From assembly GCA_020057245.1 (NCBI GenBank), contig JAGVGD010000175.1, positions 10,353-74,352 on the forward strand: a stretch of DNA of 64,000 bases, written 5' to 3'. The position numbers were made by a program, and so were the translations under genes. Source of the stretch: Thiobacillus sp. Its GTDB lineage: Bacteria > Pseudomonadota > Gammaproteobacteria > Burkholderiales > Thiobacillaceae. The number at the start of each line of letters is the position of its first letter. The first letter of the stretch is position 1. The notes under the pieces are model-generated. The model made no database searches, was not told where the DNA came from, and worked only from the letters and a program-made list of their open reading frames with translations. This document shows positions 42,485-53,098 of the stretch, piece by piece.

Positions 42485-44359
42485 ATGAACACCACTGAAC
42501 AACTAGACATTAGCGGCCAACTTCCCTCCCCCAAGGGCGTCGCGCTGGCCGTACTCGAGATATCCCGCCGCGAAAACGCGACCCTGGGCGAGGTTGCGCG
42601 CGTGGTACAAACCGATCCCGCATTGTCCGGGCGCCTGATCAAGCTCGCCAACTCCGCGTCGCATATCTCGCGTCCGGTTGTATCGGTGCAGGAAGCCGTC
42701 GTACGGCAGGGTATGACCACGGTCCGCCAGCTTGCCCTGGGGTTTTCCCTGCTCGACCAATACCGTTCCGGCATCTGCGTGGGCTTCGACTATCAGGCCT
42801 ACTGGTCGCATTCCCTGTTAATGGGGCTGGCCATGCAGGCGCTGGGCGCGCGGGTGCGCTCGGCGGCGCCCGACGAATTGTTTATCTGCGGTTTGCTGGC
42901 GCAGGTCGGACAACTCGCGCTGGCCACGGCCTATCCCAGTGAATACAGCGGCGTGCTGGCTGCCTATCAGGCTGACCGGACGCAGTCGTTGGTGGTGCTG
43001 GAGCGTGCGCAACTGGAAACCGATCACACCGAACTGGGCATCGTGATGATGGCCGACTGGGGCTTGCCCAGGGTCTTCACCGAACCCCTCGCACATTATG
43101 AAGACCCCCAGCATGCCAGCTTCGCCAGCGACTCACGCTCAAACAGCCTGATGCTGATTCTGCGCCTGTCGCATCTGCTGGCCGATTATGGGCTCGCCAC
43201 CACCGATGCGCGGCCGCATCTGGCGCAGGAATGGATCAGGCAGGCCGAAGCAATCGACATCACGCCCGAAACCGCAGGCGGCTTCATCGACAAGGTAACG
43301 GCTAGCTGGCGCGAATGGGGTGAGCTGTTGAAGATTCCGACCACGGCACTGCCACCTTTTGAGGACATTAGCCAGGGGCAGTCCGACACCAGCGAAGACC
43401 AGCTGCCGCTGCGCATCGTGGTGGCTGACGGCAATGCCGCAAGCCGCCGCCAGATCATGAGCTTGCTGGTGGAAGACAGTGCCCATATCGTGTATCCCGC
43501 CGAAAACGGCAATGCCGCCCTCGCCCTGGCCATGGAGATTCTGCCGCACGTCATCATTGCGCAGGTCAGGCTGCCCGAGCTTGACGGCTCGGAGTTGTGC
43601 CACGCCTTGCGGGCGACGGAAGAAGGCCGTCGCATGCATATCCTGCTGATGGGCGATGAAAATGGCGAAAATCAATCGATGCGCACCTACGAATCCTGCG
43701 CGGACGGTTATCTGCCCAGCTCGGTCGACGCACAGGGACTGCGCATTCGCCTGTTCGCCGCACAGCGCCTGCTGCAATTGCAGAACAACTGGGAAAAGGA
43801 CCGCGCGCAGTTGCGCCAGATCGCAGCCGAACTGGCGGTAGCCAACCGCCGCCTGGCTACCGCCGCACTCACCGATTCGCTGACCGGCTTGTCCAATCGC
43901 CGTTCGGCGATGGATCAGCTGCAGCAAATCTGGAGCGCCACCACCCGTTCCGGTATGCCGCTTTCACTGATCGTGCTCGATATCGATCACTTCAAACAGA
44001 TCAACGACACCTACGGTCATGCCGTGGGCGATATCGTGCTGAGGGAAACCGCCGAGGTCCTGCGCAAGTCGGCGCGCCAGGGCGACACCGTCAGCCGCAT
44101 CGGCGGCGAAGAGTTCCTGGTGATCTGCCCCAACACCGACATCAAGGCAGCCACGCAAGCCGCTGAACGCCTGCGCATCACGCTGGAGTCCAGCAAGATC
44201 ATGATCGGACGGGAAAACAAGTCCATCACAGTCACCGCGAGCTTCGGCATCTCCAGCAAGCAGGCCAATAGCGCCGACATCGACGCGCTGGTCAACACCG
44301 CCGATCTCGCGCTGTACGCGGCCAAGCAGGAAGGCCGCAACCGCTTCTGCGTCCGCTAG
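42485..44359 (+). CDS. Diguanylate cyclase, HDOD - pseudo-receiver - GGDEF
   Basis: HDOD (DPALSGRLIKLANS, YWSHSL), REC-like fold, DIDHFKQINDTYGH, RQGD I-site, GGEEF. Confidence 0.9.
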   Translation: MNTTEQLDISGQLPSPKGVALAVLEISRRENATLGEVARVVQTDPALSGRLIKLANSASHISRPVVSVQEAVVRQGMTTVRQLALGFSLLDQYRSGICVGFDYQAYWSHSLLMGLAMQALGARVRSAAPDELFICGLLAQVGQLALATAYPSEYSGVLAAYQADRTQSLVVLERAQLETDHTELGIVMMADWGLPRVFTEPLAHYEDPQHASFASDSRSNSLMLILRLSHLLADYGLATTDARPHLAQEWIRQAEAIDITPETAGGFIDKVTASWREWGELLKIPTTALPPFEDISQGQSDTSEDQLPLRIVVADGNAASRRQIMSLLVEDSAHIVYPAENGNAALALAMEILPHVIIAQVRLPELDGSELCHALRATEEGRRMHILLMGDENGENQSMRTYESCADGYLPSSVDAQGLRIRLFAAQRLLQLQNNWEKDRAQLRQIAAELAVANRRLATAALTDSLTGLSNRRSAMDQLQQIWSATTRSGMPLSLIVLDIDHFKQINDTYGHAVGDIVLRETAEVLRKSARQGDTVSRIGGEEFLVICPNTDIKAATQAAERLRITLESSKIMIGRENKSITVTASFGISSKQANSADIDALVNTADLALYAAKQEGRNRFCVR

Positions 44360-44380
44360 CCCGATTGCTGAGTTCTGCAT

Positions 44381-44419
44381 AAAAACGGGGTGGCCACAAC
44401 AAATGGCCACCCCGTTTTT
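44381..44419. terminator. Bidirectional intrinsic terminator
   Basis: AAAAACGGGGTGGCCA...TGGCCACCCCGTTTTT between convergent genes. Confidence 0.88.
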
Positions 44420-44435
44420 GTTTGCGCCCCTTCTC

Positions 44436-44759
44436 TCAATATTTGAGGTAAAGGCCCTTTTGCTTGGAGAAATACAGGGCCAGATCCTGCATGTCGGCAT
44501 CGCTCAGGCTTTGCACCTGCCCGGCCATGATGGGGTTTTTCCGCTTACCCGATTTATATGCCTTGAGCGAGTGATACAGATAGTCCCGATTTTGTCCGGC
44601 CAGATTGGGGAACGAAGTTGCTTCGCTCACGCCTGCAGCTCCGTGACAGGCCGCACAGGTGGTCGACTTGGCCTTGCCCGCTTCGGCATTTCCGGCGGCC
44701 TGACTCGGCAGCGAAAAAACCAGCGCAAGACCTGCAAGGGCAAACAAAGTATTTTTCAT
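44436..44759 (-). CDS. Monoheme class I cytochrome c (c553/c4-like)
   Basis: Signal peptide, CAACH, PNLAGQ..YL, distal Met (NPIM). Confidence 0.92.
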   Translation of the reverse strand: MKNTLFALAGLALVFSLPSQAAGNAEAGKAKSTTCAACHGAAGVSEATSFPNLAGQNRDYLYHSLKAYKSGKRKNPIMAGQVQSLSDADMQDLALYFSKQKGLYLKY

Positions 44760-44773
44760 GGGAGTCTCCGCGA

Positions 44774-45112
44774 TCATTTTGCTGGGCCGCTGTACGACGA
44801 TGCGTAATAGGCGGCAAGGTCTTCCATGTCCTGCTCGCTCAGGCTGCCCACGATGCCATCCATGCTGGGATGGCTGCGCTCGCCTGACTTATAGCCCTTG
44901 AGGGCCGCCACGATGTACTCGGCATGCTGCCCCCCCAGTTTGGGCACGCTGTACACGCTGGGAAAGGCCGTGCGCCAGCCCGGGATGCCGTGGCAACCCG
45001 CGCACATCGAGGTTTTGGTTTGTCCTGCTTTGGGATCGCCTGCTGCCTGAGCCGGCAAGGCCAGCAACGTCATCACACTTGCACACAGCGTCATCGCGGT
45101 AATTTTCATCAT
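44774..45112 (-). CDS. Monoheme class I cytochrome c (c553/c4-like); start 45112 or 45109
   Basis: Signal peptide, CAGCH, PKLGGQHAEY, HPSM. Confidence 0.92.
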   Translation of the reverse strand: MMKITAMTLCASVMTLLALPAQAAGDPKAGQTKTSMCAGCHGIPGWRTAFPSVYSVPKLGGQHAEYIVAALKGYKSGERSHPSMDGIVGSLSEQDMEDLAAYYASSYSGPAK

Positions 45113-45335
45113 CCTCGCTCTTTCTGGTTGGATTGCCGAACCCTGTTCCACGCAGGAGTTGTTCGCAATTATGACCTGTAGCGTCTGGACAATGCGTATC
45201 CGTGAGGCAAAAAATCCTTTTATGACAATGAGTTATAACATTATTCGCTAATATGCTTCTGGACTGTTTGCACTCAGCGGGGTAACCATCCGGCCGATGC
45301 AAACGCCTGGCTCTCAAGAATCGATCCGGGGCGGC

Positions 45336-45584
45336 TCAAGCCCGTTGCAGCCAGGCAGCAAACGCAACCGCGTCGAACTCGTGTCGGCAAATCTCGGTTT
45401 CACCGTCGAACAGCAGCGGCACATCCCAGCCGAACCGGGCTTTCAGTTCAGGGGCCTGATCCACATCCACTGCTGTCAGGCAAAGCGCACCACCGCGTGC
45501 CCGCACCTGTTCCAACATGTCCTCGCACAGCGGGCAGCCGGCCCGCGTGTAGAGCGTGAGTTGTCGCCCGGGCACGGCGATCAA
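45336..45584 (-). CDS. Glutaredoxin-like protein (DUF836)
   Basis: LTLYTRAGCPLC, VDVD, VPLL, ICRH; coupled to mucD. Confidence 0.8.
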   Translation of the reverse strand: MIAVPGRQLTLYTRAGCPLCEDMLEQVRARGGALCLTAVDVDQAPELKARFGWDVPLLFDGETEICRHEFDAVAFAAWLQRA

Positions 45585-46969
45585 TCGGCAGAAATTTTCA
45601 GCGGGATATACAGCGAGCCATCGCCGCGCCTCACCAGGATGGCGGCGGCTTTTCCGGCTGGCACGGCCGCGATGGCTTTGCGGAAAGCTTCCACCGTGGC
45701 AACTTTTCCGTTGTTGACGGCCAGGATCACGTCACCGCTGCGAATGCCGGCCCGCAGTGCATCGCCCGTCGCATCCTGCACCAGAAGGCCATAGTCAATC
45801 CCGACCTCGCGCCGCTGCTCGGCGGTCAGTTCGGCCAGCGCAAGACCGCCGCGCGAATAGGCCTTGCCGGATTTGCTGGCCACCTGTTCTTCTGCGGGTA
45901 ATTCGGTCAGCACCACGCTGACGGTCTGCGCCTTGCCCTTGCGCCAGATTTCCAGCGGAATGCTGCTACCCGGTTTGACGGTGCCGACCATGCGCGGCAA
46001 ATCGCCGGAGTTTTCCACGGGTTTGCCGTTGAACTTGAGAATGACATCGGCTGCCTGCAGGCCCGCCTTGGCTGCCGGACCATCCGGCTGCACCTGGGAG
46101 ATCAATGCGCCGCGCGGGCGATCGAGGCCGAACGACTCGGCCAGATCGCTGCTGACTTCCTGGATCACCACGCCCAGCCAGCCGCGCGAAACCTTGCCGC
46201 CGGACTTGAGCTGACTCACCACTTCCATCGCTACGTCGATCGGAATGGCAAACGAGACGCCCTGATAACCGCCGCTGCGGCTGTAAATCTGCGAATTGAT
46301 GCCGACGACTTCACCCTTCATGTTGAACAGGGGACCGCCGGAGTTGCCTGGGTTGATCGCCACGTCGGTCTGGATGTAGGGCACGTAGCTTTCCGACGGC
46401 AGCGAGCGTCCCTTGGCTGAGACGATGCCGGCAGTCACCGAATTCTCGAATCCGAAAGGCGAACCGATGGCCGCCACGGCTTCGCCGACGCGCAAGGCGT
46501 CCGGATTTCCGAGCTTCACGGCGGGCAGGTTTTGGGCGGTGATTTTCAGCACGGCGACATCGGTGCGTGCATCGGTTCCGATCACCTTGGCGGTGAACTT
46601 GCGCTTGTCAGTCAGTTTGACGATGACTTCATCGGCCCCGCGCACCACATGCGCGTTGGTGAGGATGGTGCCATCGCTGCCCACAATGAAACCGGAACCG
46701 GCGCCATGGCTGGGTGTATCCGGCATCGATCCACCCGGCATGCCGGGCATGCCGGGGAAAAAGCGGCGGAAGAATTCCTGCATGTCTTCGTTGCCCGGCA
46801 TATCGGGCGACATGCCATTCGTGCCACGCCTGGCGAGCGTCGTGGTGCTGATATTGACCACGGCCGGACCCTGCGATTCGACCAGATCAGCCACATCCAT
46901 CACAGCTGCTGCCCATGCGGGTGTAGACAAGGCACCCAGCATCGCGATCGTAGTCAAAACCTTCCGCAT
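45581..46969 (-). CDS. mucD: DegP/MucD-family periplasmic serine protease
   Basis: GSGFI, TNAHV, TDVAVL, AINPGNSGGPL, two PDZ domains; in rpoE operon. Confidence 0.92.
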   Translation of the reverse strand: MRKVLTTIAMLGALSTPAWAAAVMDVADLVESQGPAVVNISTTTLARRGTNGMSPDMPGNEDMQEFFRRFFPGMPGMPGGSMPDTPSHGAGSGFIVGSDGTILTNAHVVRGADEVIVKLTDKRKFTAKVIGTDARTDVAVLKITAQNLPAVKLGNPDALRVGEAVAAIGSPFGFENSVTAGIVSAKGRSLPSESYVPYIQTDVAINPGNSGGPLFNMKGEVVGINSQIYSRSGGYQGVSFAIPIDVAMEVVSQLKSGGKVSRGWLGVVIQEVSSDLAESFGLDRPRGALISQVQPDGPAAKAGLQAADVILKFNGKPVENSGDLPRMVGTVKPGSSIPLEIWRKGKAQTVSVVLTELPAEEQVASKSGKAYSRGGLALAELTAEQRREVGIDYGLLVQDATGDALRAGIRSGDVILAVNNGKVATVEAFRKAIAAVPAGKAAAILVRRGDGSLYIPLKISAD

Positions 46970-46974
46970 ACACT

Positions 46975-47442
46975 CTATCCTTTCATCAAATGAATCATCT
47001 CTTCCCGCCGCAGCACGACCGGACGCGCGGCCTGACTATTGCGCGTCCATACCCAACTGGCTGCAGCGCCCATCAAGGCCCCAAGCAACGCGGGGCCATC
47101 TCCCGGCGTAATTGCCTGCGACAGCAATGCACCGGCCAGAATCAGCGCCAGGGGCTGGCCGTAGGCACGCAGCGCAGCATTCAGCACACTGCCGTTGGCG
47201 ATCCCGACCACTGCGCGATCGCCCGGTGCCAGCGACAGGTCGCAATCCACCCGAAACAAACGGGGCTTGCGCTGGAACAACTCGGCAATCCGCCGCGACG
47301 AGCAGCCCTGTCCCGCACAGGTACCGCAACCCGAAGGTTCGACCGCCTGAACCCAGATGCCATCCGACGCGGTCTTGATCACCTCGACGGTTTGCTCGAT
47401 CATGGTCTGATCCGCTATCGGCCTGCGCGCTGGCTGGCTCAT
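46975..47442 (-). CDS. rseC: RseC/MucC family protein (alternative start 47403)
   Basis: SGCGTC..GC, two C-terminal TM segments; position after rseB. Confidence 0.88.
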   Translation of the reverse strand: MSQPARRPIADQTMIEQTVEVIKTASDGIWVQAVEPSGCGTCAGQGCSSRRIAELFQRKPRLFRVDCDLSLAPGDRAVVGIANGSVLNAALRAYGQPLALILAGALLSQAITPGDGPALLGALMGAAASWVWTRNSQAARPVVLRREEMIHLMKG

Positions 47443-48416
47443 TGTTTTTCCACCGAGTTGCCGGTTTCGATCAGGGCAGCGTTCGGCACCTCGCCCAGCG
47501 TGGTCACCGAATAACCCGCCACCTCACGCGCATACACCCCGATCGCGCCTTCATCGGCCAGCCCCTGCATTTTCGGCATCTGCGGGTTGACCGGCTCAAG
47601 GAACATCGACAACACGCTCAAGCCATCGGAATACACCAGATGAGTGACCGGCATCTGCTTGCCCGGCAGTGCGCGCACCGCTGCCTGTACCTGGACAAAT
47701 CCGGGCGGCGGCGTGATCTTCCAATCCACACTGACTGCCTGATCGAGGCTTGCGCGCTGGATGACTTTCCCGCTCAGATCATTCTGGAAATACTGGGCAT
47801 CCGGGGCCTTGCCAATCTGGATTTCCGAGAAGACGTACATCGACACCATATTGCCATTGCCGTTCACGACGCGGGACTTGAGCGGCAAACCGGTCTGCCG
47901 GTCGAGCCACAGGTTGTAGGCATAACGATAGCCATCACGCGGCTCCAGCAACATCACCTGGCTGAGGCGTCCCGCCACCCGCTCGGCGCCCCCCAGTTTC
48001 GCGTTGTAGTACTCCAGCAAGCCGGCGGGGTTGGCGGGCAGCAGTGCAGGAAAAAAACGGCGCGGCGCGTTGCGTTCCAGCCGAACCTGTTTGCCGCCGG
48101 GGAAATGGCAATACACGTCGTTGTTGATGCGCAAAAACTGGCGCGGGATGCCATCCAGCACTTCGACCTTCTCCTGTTCCCCTTTCGCGTCGACGCGATG
48201 CAAAACGCGCAACACTTCCATGTGTTCTCCATGGTGGTAGACATACACGCCACTATAGTTTTGCTGCCTGGCTGCGGCTTCCGCCCGCTTGAGCCAGTCG
48301 AGCGCGGCATCGGCATGCGCAGTTCCCGTCAGCACCAACCCAGACAGCACCAGCAGCCCCGCGAACACGGCGAACTTGTTGTCGCCCAGCCAATCCATCC
48401 CAAGTGTCCGCATCAA
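47439..48416 (-). CDS. rseB: Sigma-E regulatory protein RseB/MucB
   Basis: [38 protein letters not shown]. Confidence 0.92.
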   Translation of the reverse strand: MMRTLGMDWLGDNKFAVFAGLLVLSGLVLTGTAHADAALDWLKRAEAAARQQNYSGVYVYHHGEHMEVLRVLHRVDAKGEQEKVEVLDGIPRQFLRINNDVYCHFPGGKQVRLERNAPRRFFPALLPANPAGLLEYYNAKLGGAERVAGRLSQVMLLEPRDGYRYAYNLWLDRQTGLPLKSRVVNGNGNMVSMYVFSEIQIGKAPDAQYFQNDLSGKVIQRASLDQAVSVDWKITPPPGFVQVQAAVRALPGKQMPVTHLVYSDGLSVLSMFLEPVNPQMPKMQGLADEGAIGVYAREVAGYSVTTLGEVPNAALIETGNSVEKQ

Positions 48417-48955
48417 CGCGGTTCCTCAGCAAGCGCGACCGTACGTTGATAGGGCGAGGCCACGGCCATCGGAGCAAACTCCTGGTGCGCCACCAGATAA
48501 GGTGCCAGACGAACTTCATCGCGCATCGGTGCGCTTGCCTGCTCAGCCATCTGCAAATTGGGCGCCGCCGCCATCGGCGCGCTCGCCGGCGCATCCTGCT
48601 GCCAGTTGCTGAGCGTCACCATGCCCCACACCGCAAGCGAGGCAAACGAAGCGACAGCTACACGTTGCGGCCACACGCTGCGACGCGGCGCGAGCACCGT
48701 CGGCTCGGTCGCTAACTGCGCAGAAAAACGCGTCATGAAATCATCCGACACTGGAGCCGTGCCGCGCATCAGGTCGCCAATCAGGTGATATTCGGACCAG
48801 TCATGCCGCAAGGCTTCATCGCGTTTCAAGGCCGCGATGCAGGACTCGGTTTCAGCGTCGGTCGCCGCACCGTCCAGCACCGCAGAGAGCAGTTGTTTGT
48901 CGTCGTCGATCTGGGATGAGAAATCGGGTTTACGAAGTGCTGACATGGTTACCAC
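48413..48955 (-). CDS. rseA: Anti-sigma-E factor RseA/MucA
   Basis: [34 protein letters not shown]. Confidence 0.9.
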   Translation of the reverse strand: MVTMSALRKPDFSSQIDDDKQLLSAVLDGAATDAETESCIAALKRDEALRHDWSEYHLIGDLMRGTAPVSDDFMTRFSAQLATEPTVLAPRRSVWPQRVAVASFASLAVWGMVTLSNWQQDAPASAPMAAAPNLQMAEQASAPMRDEVRLAPYLVAHQEFAPMAVASPYQRTVALAEEPR

Positions 48956-49545
48956 CTTTTATCCTGACTGGTGCCCAACATCGGGCGTATCCTGGTTGCA
49001 ATCGCCTCGCGAGCACGGAAAATCCGCGAACGAACCGTGCCGATCGGGCAATCCATCATCTGCGCGATGTCCTCGTAGCTCATGCCCTCGATCTCGCGCA
49101 GCGTGATGGCCGTACGCAGTTCCTCGGGCAAGGCATCGACCGCTTCATTCACTGCTTGGGCGATTTGTTTGCTTTGAAGTTCCGCATCCGGCGTGGCGAT
49201 TTCACGCAGCAAATCGCCGTCTTCATAATTTTCGGCATCCTCCGCCTGAACATCCGATGACACCGGCTGCTTCTTGCGTGCCACCAGGTAGTTCTTGGCG
49301 GTATTGACGCCAATGCGGTACAGCCAGGTGTAAAACGCACTCTCGCCGCGAAAGCCCGGCAACGCGCGATAGGCCTTGATGAAGGCCTCCTGCGTGATGT
49401 CTTCCACCTCGGCCGCATCGCGCACCATGCGCGACAGTAGACGTCCGAGCTTGCGGTGATACTTGATCACCAACAACTCGAATGCCCGCTTGTCCCCTTG
49501 CTGGGCGCGTTCGACCAACACCTGATCCAGTTCGCGATCCGACAT
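48949..49545 (-). CDS. rpoE: ECF sigma factor RpoE
   Basis: [49 protein letters not shown]. Confidence 0.97.
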   Translation of the reverse strand: MSDRELDQVLVERAQQGDKRAFELLVIKYHRKLGRLLSRMVRDAAEVEDITQEAFIKAYRALPGFRGESAFYTWLYRIGVNTAKNYLVARKKQPVSSDVQAEDAENYEDGDLLREIATPDAELQSKQIAQAVNEAVDALPEELRTAITLREIEGMSYEDIAQMMDCPIGTVRSRIFRAREAIATRIRPMLGTSQDKRW

Positions 49546-49602
49546 AACTCCCTAGCTGCTTTTATTGTGGTTGGAAGTATACGTGACCGCACATTCCGCA
49601 CC

Positions 49603-49629
49603 TCTGAGCCCCCGACAATGAAAAAGTTC
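49603..49629 (-). promoter_or_regulatory. Sigma-E-dependent (autoregulatory) promoter of rpoE
   Basis: Minus strand GAACTT-N16-TCAGA, matching the RpoE/AlgU consensus GAACTT-N16-TCnnA. Confidence 0.85.
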
Positions 49630-49684
49630 ATCCCGAACCGGGTTATTCTTGCCCGGTATGAGCCTGCTATCATCCCCCGCCACC

Positions 49685-51310
49685 ATGCATAAATATGATG
49701 TCCTCATCCTCGGCAGCGGCCTCGCCGCGCTGACTACCGCGCTCAAGCTGGCCGACCAGCGCCGGGTTGCGATCGTCACCAAGCGACAGATGACCGACGG
49801 CGCCAGCGACTGGGCACAGGGCGGCATCGCTGCAGCAGTCGACACCGGCGATTCGGTCGAGGCGCATGTACGTGACACCATGATTGCAGGCGGCGGGCTG
49901 TGCGACGAGGCCGTTACCTACCGGGTGGCCAGCCAGGCTCGCGAAATGATCGCCTGGCTGACCGCCAACGGGGTCGCTTTCACTCCTGATCCCTCCACGC
50001 CGGGCGGCTTGCACCTGGCCCGCGAAGGCGGCCATTCGCAGCGCCGGGTCGTCCATGCTACCGACGCGACCGGTCATGCCGTGCAAACCAGCCTGCTCGA
50101 CAAGGTACGCGCCCATCCCAACATCGACACCTTCGAACAGCACGTCGCCATTGACCTCATCAGCGGCAAGCGCGCTGGCGGCTCCGACCGGCAAATCCAC
50201 GGCGCCTATGCCCTCAACAAGGGCACCGGCGAAGTCGAAACCTTTGCCGCCGGCCACACCGTGCTGGCCACCGGCGGCGCCGGCAAGGTTTACCTCTACA
50301 CGACGAATCCCGACACCTCGACCGGCGACGGCATCGCCATGGCCTGGCGCGCCGGCTGTCGCGTCGCCAACCTCGAATTCGTGCAATTCCACCCCACCTG
50401 CCTGTTTCACCCGCATGCAAAATCCTTCCTGATCACCGAGGCGGTGCGCGGAGAAGGCGGCCATCTGCTGCTGCCCGATGGCAGCCGCTTCATGCATCTG
50501 CATGACGAACGCGCCGAGCTTGCGCCGCGCGACGTAGTGGCGCGTGCGATCGACTTCGAGATGAAAAAACGCGGCCTTGACTGCGTCTACCTCGACATCA
50601 GCCACAAACCGCCTGAATTCGTACGCGAGCATTTCCCGACGATCCACCGCCGCTGCCTTGAACTCGGCATCGACATCACCCGGCAGCCGATCCCGGTGGT
50701 GCCCGCCGCGCACTACACCTGCGGCGGCGTGGTCACCGACATCGACGCCCGCACCGACTTGTGCAACCTGCATGCGGTCGGCGAAGTCACCTTCACCGGG
50801 CTGCACGGCGCGAACCGGCTGGCATCGAACTCGCTGCTCGAGTGTCTGGTGTTCGGCCATGCTGCGGCTGCGGACATCCTGCACATGCCGCCCGCTCCCG
50901 CGCTGGATCTGCCTGCATGGGATGCCTCGCGCGTCACTGATGCCGACGAGGAAGTGGTGATCTCGCATAACTGGGACGAACTGCGTCGTTTCATGTGGGA
51001 CTACGTCGGCATCGTTCGCACCAACAAGCGGCTGGTTCGCGCGGCACACCGCATCCGCCTGTTGCGCGCCGAGATCGACGAGTTCTACCGCAACTTCCGC
51101 GTCAGCAACGACCTGATCGAACTGCGCAATCTGGTGCAAAGCGCCGATCTCATCATTCGTTCGGCGCAGTTGCGGCAGGAAAGCCGCGGCCTGCATTTCA
51201 GCCGCGACTACCCCGACACCATGCCGGTTGCCGGCAACACCGTGCTCAATCCGCGTCCGGGGACGATGTGTCCGAGCGTGTGCGGCGTATCCAGCGCAGA
51301 GCCACTCTGA
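49685..51310 (+). CDS. nadB: L-aspartate oxidase
   Basis: [47 protein letters not shown]; divergent from rpoE. Confidence 0.97.
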   Translation: MHKYDVLILGSGLAALTTALKLADQRRVAIVTKRQMTDGASDWAQGGIAAAVDTGDSVEAHVRDTMIAGGGLCDEAVTYRVASQAREMIAWLTANGVAFTPDPSTPGGLHLAREGGHSQRRVVHATDATGHAVQTSLLDKVRAHPNIDTFEQHVAIDLISGKRAGGSDRQIHGAYALNKGTGEVETFAAGHTVLATGGAGKVYLYTTNPDTSTGDGIAMAWRAGCRVANLEFVQFHPTCLFHPHAKSFLITEAVRGEGGHLLLPDGSRFMHLHDERAELAPRDVVARAIDFEMKKRGLDCVYLDISHKPPEFVREHFPTIHRRCLELGIDITRQPIPVVPAAHYTCGGVVTDIDARTDLCNLHAVGEVTFTGLHGANRLASNSLLECLVFGHAAAADILHMPPAPALDLPAWDASRVTDADEEVVISHNWDELRRFMWDYVGIVRTNKRLVRAAHRIRLLRAEIDEFYRNFRVSNDLIELRNLVQSADLIIRSAQLRQESRGLHFSRDYPDTMPVAGNTVLNPRPGTMCPSVCGVSSAEPL

Positions 51311-51686
51311 GCCGGCGCAAGTCGTCTGCCGGGGCACTGTCGGGCAACAGGGTCAGGCTGCGGCGGCCCTGCCTTTCCAGGCGATAGCGCAGCACGATCA
51401 AGGCGGTTGTGGCGAAGCTGTCGCCCAGCACCTCGACATCGCACCACGCGTCCGCATCGTCCAGCGCTTGCAGCGCGCCATCCGCGCCATCCGCGGCAAT
51501 CCGCAGCCGCGGCAGCCGCGATGCCTGCCGCCAGCCCCAGCCAAACAAAACCACGACCCCGACCGCCAGCCCCCATTGCACACGGGCGGGCACCGCAGCG
51601 AGCGAAATGGCCAGCCACGCCATCAAGGCCATGCCGGCCAGCAACAGCCTCAGCAGACGTGAGGGTTTGAGTTCAATCTCGCGCAT
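51246..51686 (-). CDS. YgfX-family membrane protein
   Basis: ELKPSR, two TM segments, [17 protein letters not shown]. Confidence 0.75.
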   Translation of the reverse strand: MREIELKPSRLLRLLLAGMALMAWLAISLAAVPARVQWGLAVGVVVLFGWGWRQASRLPRLRIAADGADGALQALDDADAWCDVEVLGDSFATTALIVLRYRLERQGRRSLTLLPDSAPADDLRRLRVALRWIRRTRSDTSSPDAD

Positions 51687-51729
51687 CCGCGTGTACACTT
51701 TCAAGGGTTCAAGCTGCCGGAATAGTATC

Positions 51730-52758
51730 GTGATCGAATCCTGGAAATCCTTTCTGCAATCTCAAGACGCACTGATCGAAGCACGCAGCGTGCTGCACTT
51801 TGGCGACCCGGCCCGCGAACGCGCGGCGGCGACAGATGGCACCATCGTGGCCGACCTGTCGCAGCTCGGCGTCATTGCCTTCAGCGGCGACGATGCAGCC
51901 ACGTTTCTGCAAAGCCAGCTGACCAACGACGTGCGCAGCCTGCATCCCGACAGCGCGCAATGGAATGGCTACTGCAGCCCCAAGGGGCGCCTGCTCGGCA
52001 ATTTCCTGATGTGGCGGCAGGCCGGCGACTATTGCCTGCAACTGTCGGGCGACATTCTCCCCAGCGTGCAGAAACGCCTCGCCATGTTCATCATGCGCGC
52101 CAAGGTGCAGGCGCGTGATGCCAGCGATGAGCGGGTACGTCTGGTGGTTGCGGGCAAGGAAGCCATCACGGCGGTCACCGCCGCGATGGGCGCGATTCCT
52201 GAAGCAACGATGCGCTCGGTTGCCGTTGAAGCCGGTCAGGTGATCCGGGTTGGCGAGGACAAATTCGTGCTGTCGGTCACGCCCGAGCGCGCCGCCGGCG
52301 TGTGGCAGACCCTGTGCGCGTCCGCCACCCCGGTCGGCGCGCCGGTATGGGACTGGCTGCGGCTGAATGCCGGCATTCCGATGATCGTCGGCGCAACCCA
52401 GGAGCAGTTCGTGCCGCAGATGGTCAACCTCGAAGCCATTGGCGGCGTGAGCTTCCAGAAAGGCTGCTACCCCGGCCAGGAAATCGTTGCGCGCAGCCAG
52501 TATCTGGGCAAGCTCAAACGCCGCATGTTCCTGGCCCACCTCGATGCCGAAGCCACGCCCGGCGATGCGCTTTACAGCGCCGACCTCGAAGGTCAGTCCA
52601 CCGGCACCGTGGTGAATGCAGCACCCGCACCCGGCGGCGGCTTCGATGTGCTGGTGGTGGCCCAGGTCGAAAGCGCTGCAACGCAGACCCTGCATCTGAA
52701 AGCAGCCGATGGCGCCGCCCTCAGCCTCAAACCCCTGCCCTACACGCTGCCTGAGTAA
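51730..52758 (+). CDS. ygfZ: Folate-binding Fe-S/tRNA modification factor YgfZ (GTG start)
   Basis: GDDAATFLQSQLTND, CSPKGR, KGCYPGQEIVAR. Confidence 0.93.
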   Translation: MIESWKSFLQSQDALIEARSVLHFGDPARERAAATDGTIVADLSQLGVIAFSGDDAATFLQSQLTNDVRSLHPDSAQWNGYCSPKGRLLGNFLMWRQAGDYCLQLSGDILPSVQKRLAMFIMRAKVQARDASDERVRLVVAGKEAITAVTAAMGAIPEATMRSVAVEAGQVIRVGEDKFVLSVTPERAAGVWQTLCASATPVGAPVWDWLRLNAGIPMIVGATQEQFVPQMVNLEAIGGVSFQKGCYPGQEIVARSQYLGKLKRRMFLAHLDAEATPGDALYSADLEGQSTGTVVNAAPAPGGGFDVLVVAQVESAATQTLHLKAADGAALSLKPLPYTLPE

Positions 52759-53052
52759 GTGCGGCACGTGTATGTCTATTACCGGATCGATCCGGCGCAG
52801 GCGGCACTGGCACAGAGCCGGATAGACGCCTTGCTGGCCGCAATGGCCCCGCATTGCGGCCCGCCGCCCCGACGCATGCACCGCTGCGACGATGCGTCGA
52901 CCTGGATGGAAACCTACCTCGACATTGCCGATTTGGGCGCGTTTACTGACGCCCTGAATACTTCATGGCGAGCCCTCGACTGCGCGGCCTTTGTTGTGGG
53001 GGAACGCCATCTCGAATGCTTTGCGCCCCCCGGCGATGAACTTGGAATTTAA
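52759..53052 (+). CDS. DUF4936-like small protein
   Basis: YVYYRI, TWMETY, ERHLECF; abuts ygfZ. Confidence 0.7.
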   Translation: MRHVYVYYRIDPAQAALAQSRIDALLAAMAPHCGPPPRRMHRCDDASTWMETYLDIADLGAFTDALNTSWRALDCAAFVVGERHLECFAPPGDELGI

Positions 53053-53098
53053 GCGGAACCCGCTATAAAAAAGTCCCCGGCCATCGAAGGAGCACACC

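Noticed and set aside
45254-45290. GCTTCTGGACTG...CAGCGGGGTAACC resembles the P2 arm of a c-di-GMP-I riboswitch
   Set aside because: No P1 stem with GAAA tetraloop or GCAAA junction, and it is on the strand opposite to the neighbouring genes
51409-51729. N-terminal extensions in the ORF track (ygfZ here; also bamE, bamC, alr, rsxG, HAD, DUF3501)
   Set aside because: They overlap neighbouring genes and precede the recognisable family N-termini; downstream starts were used
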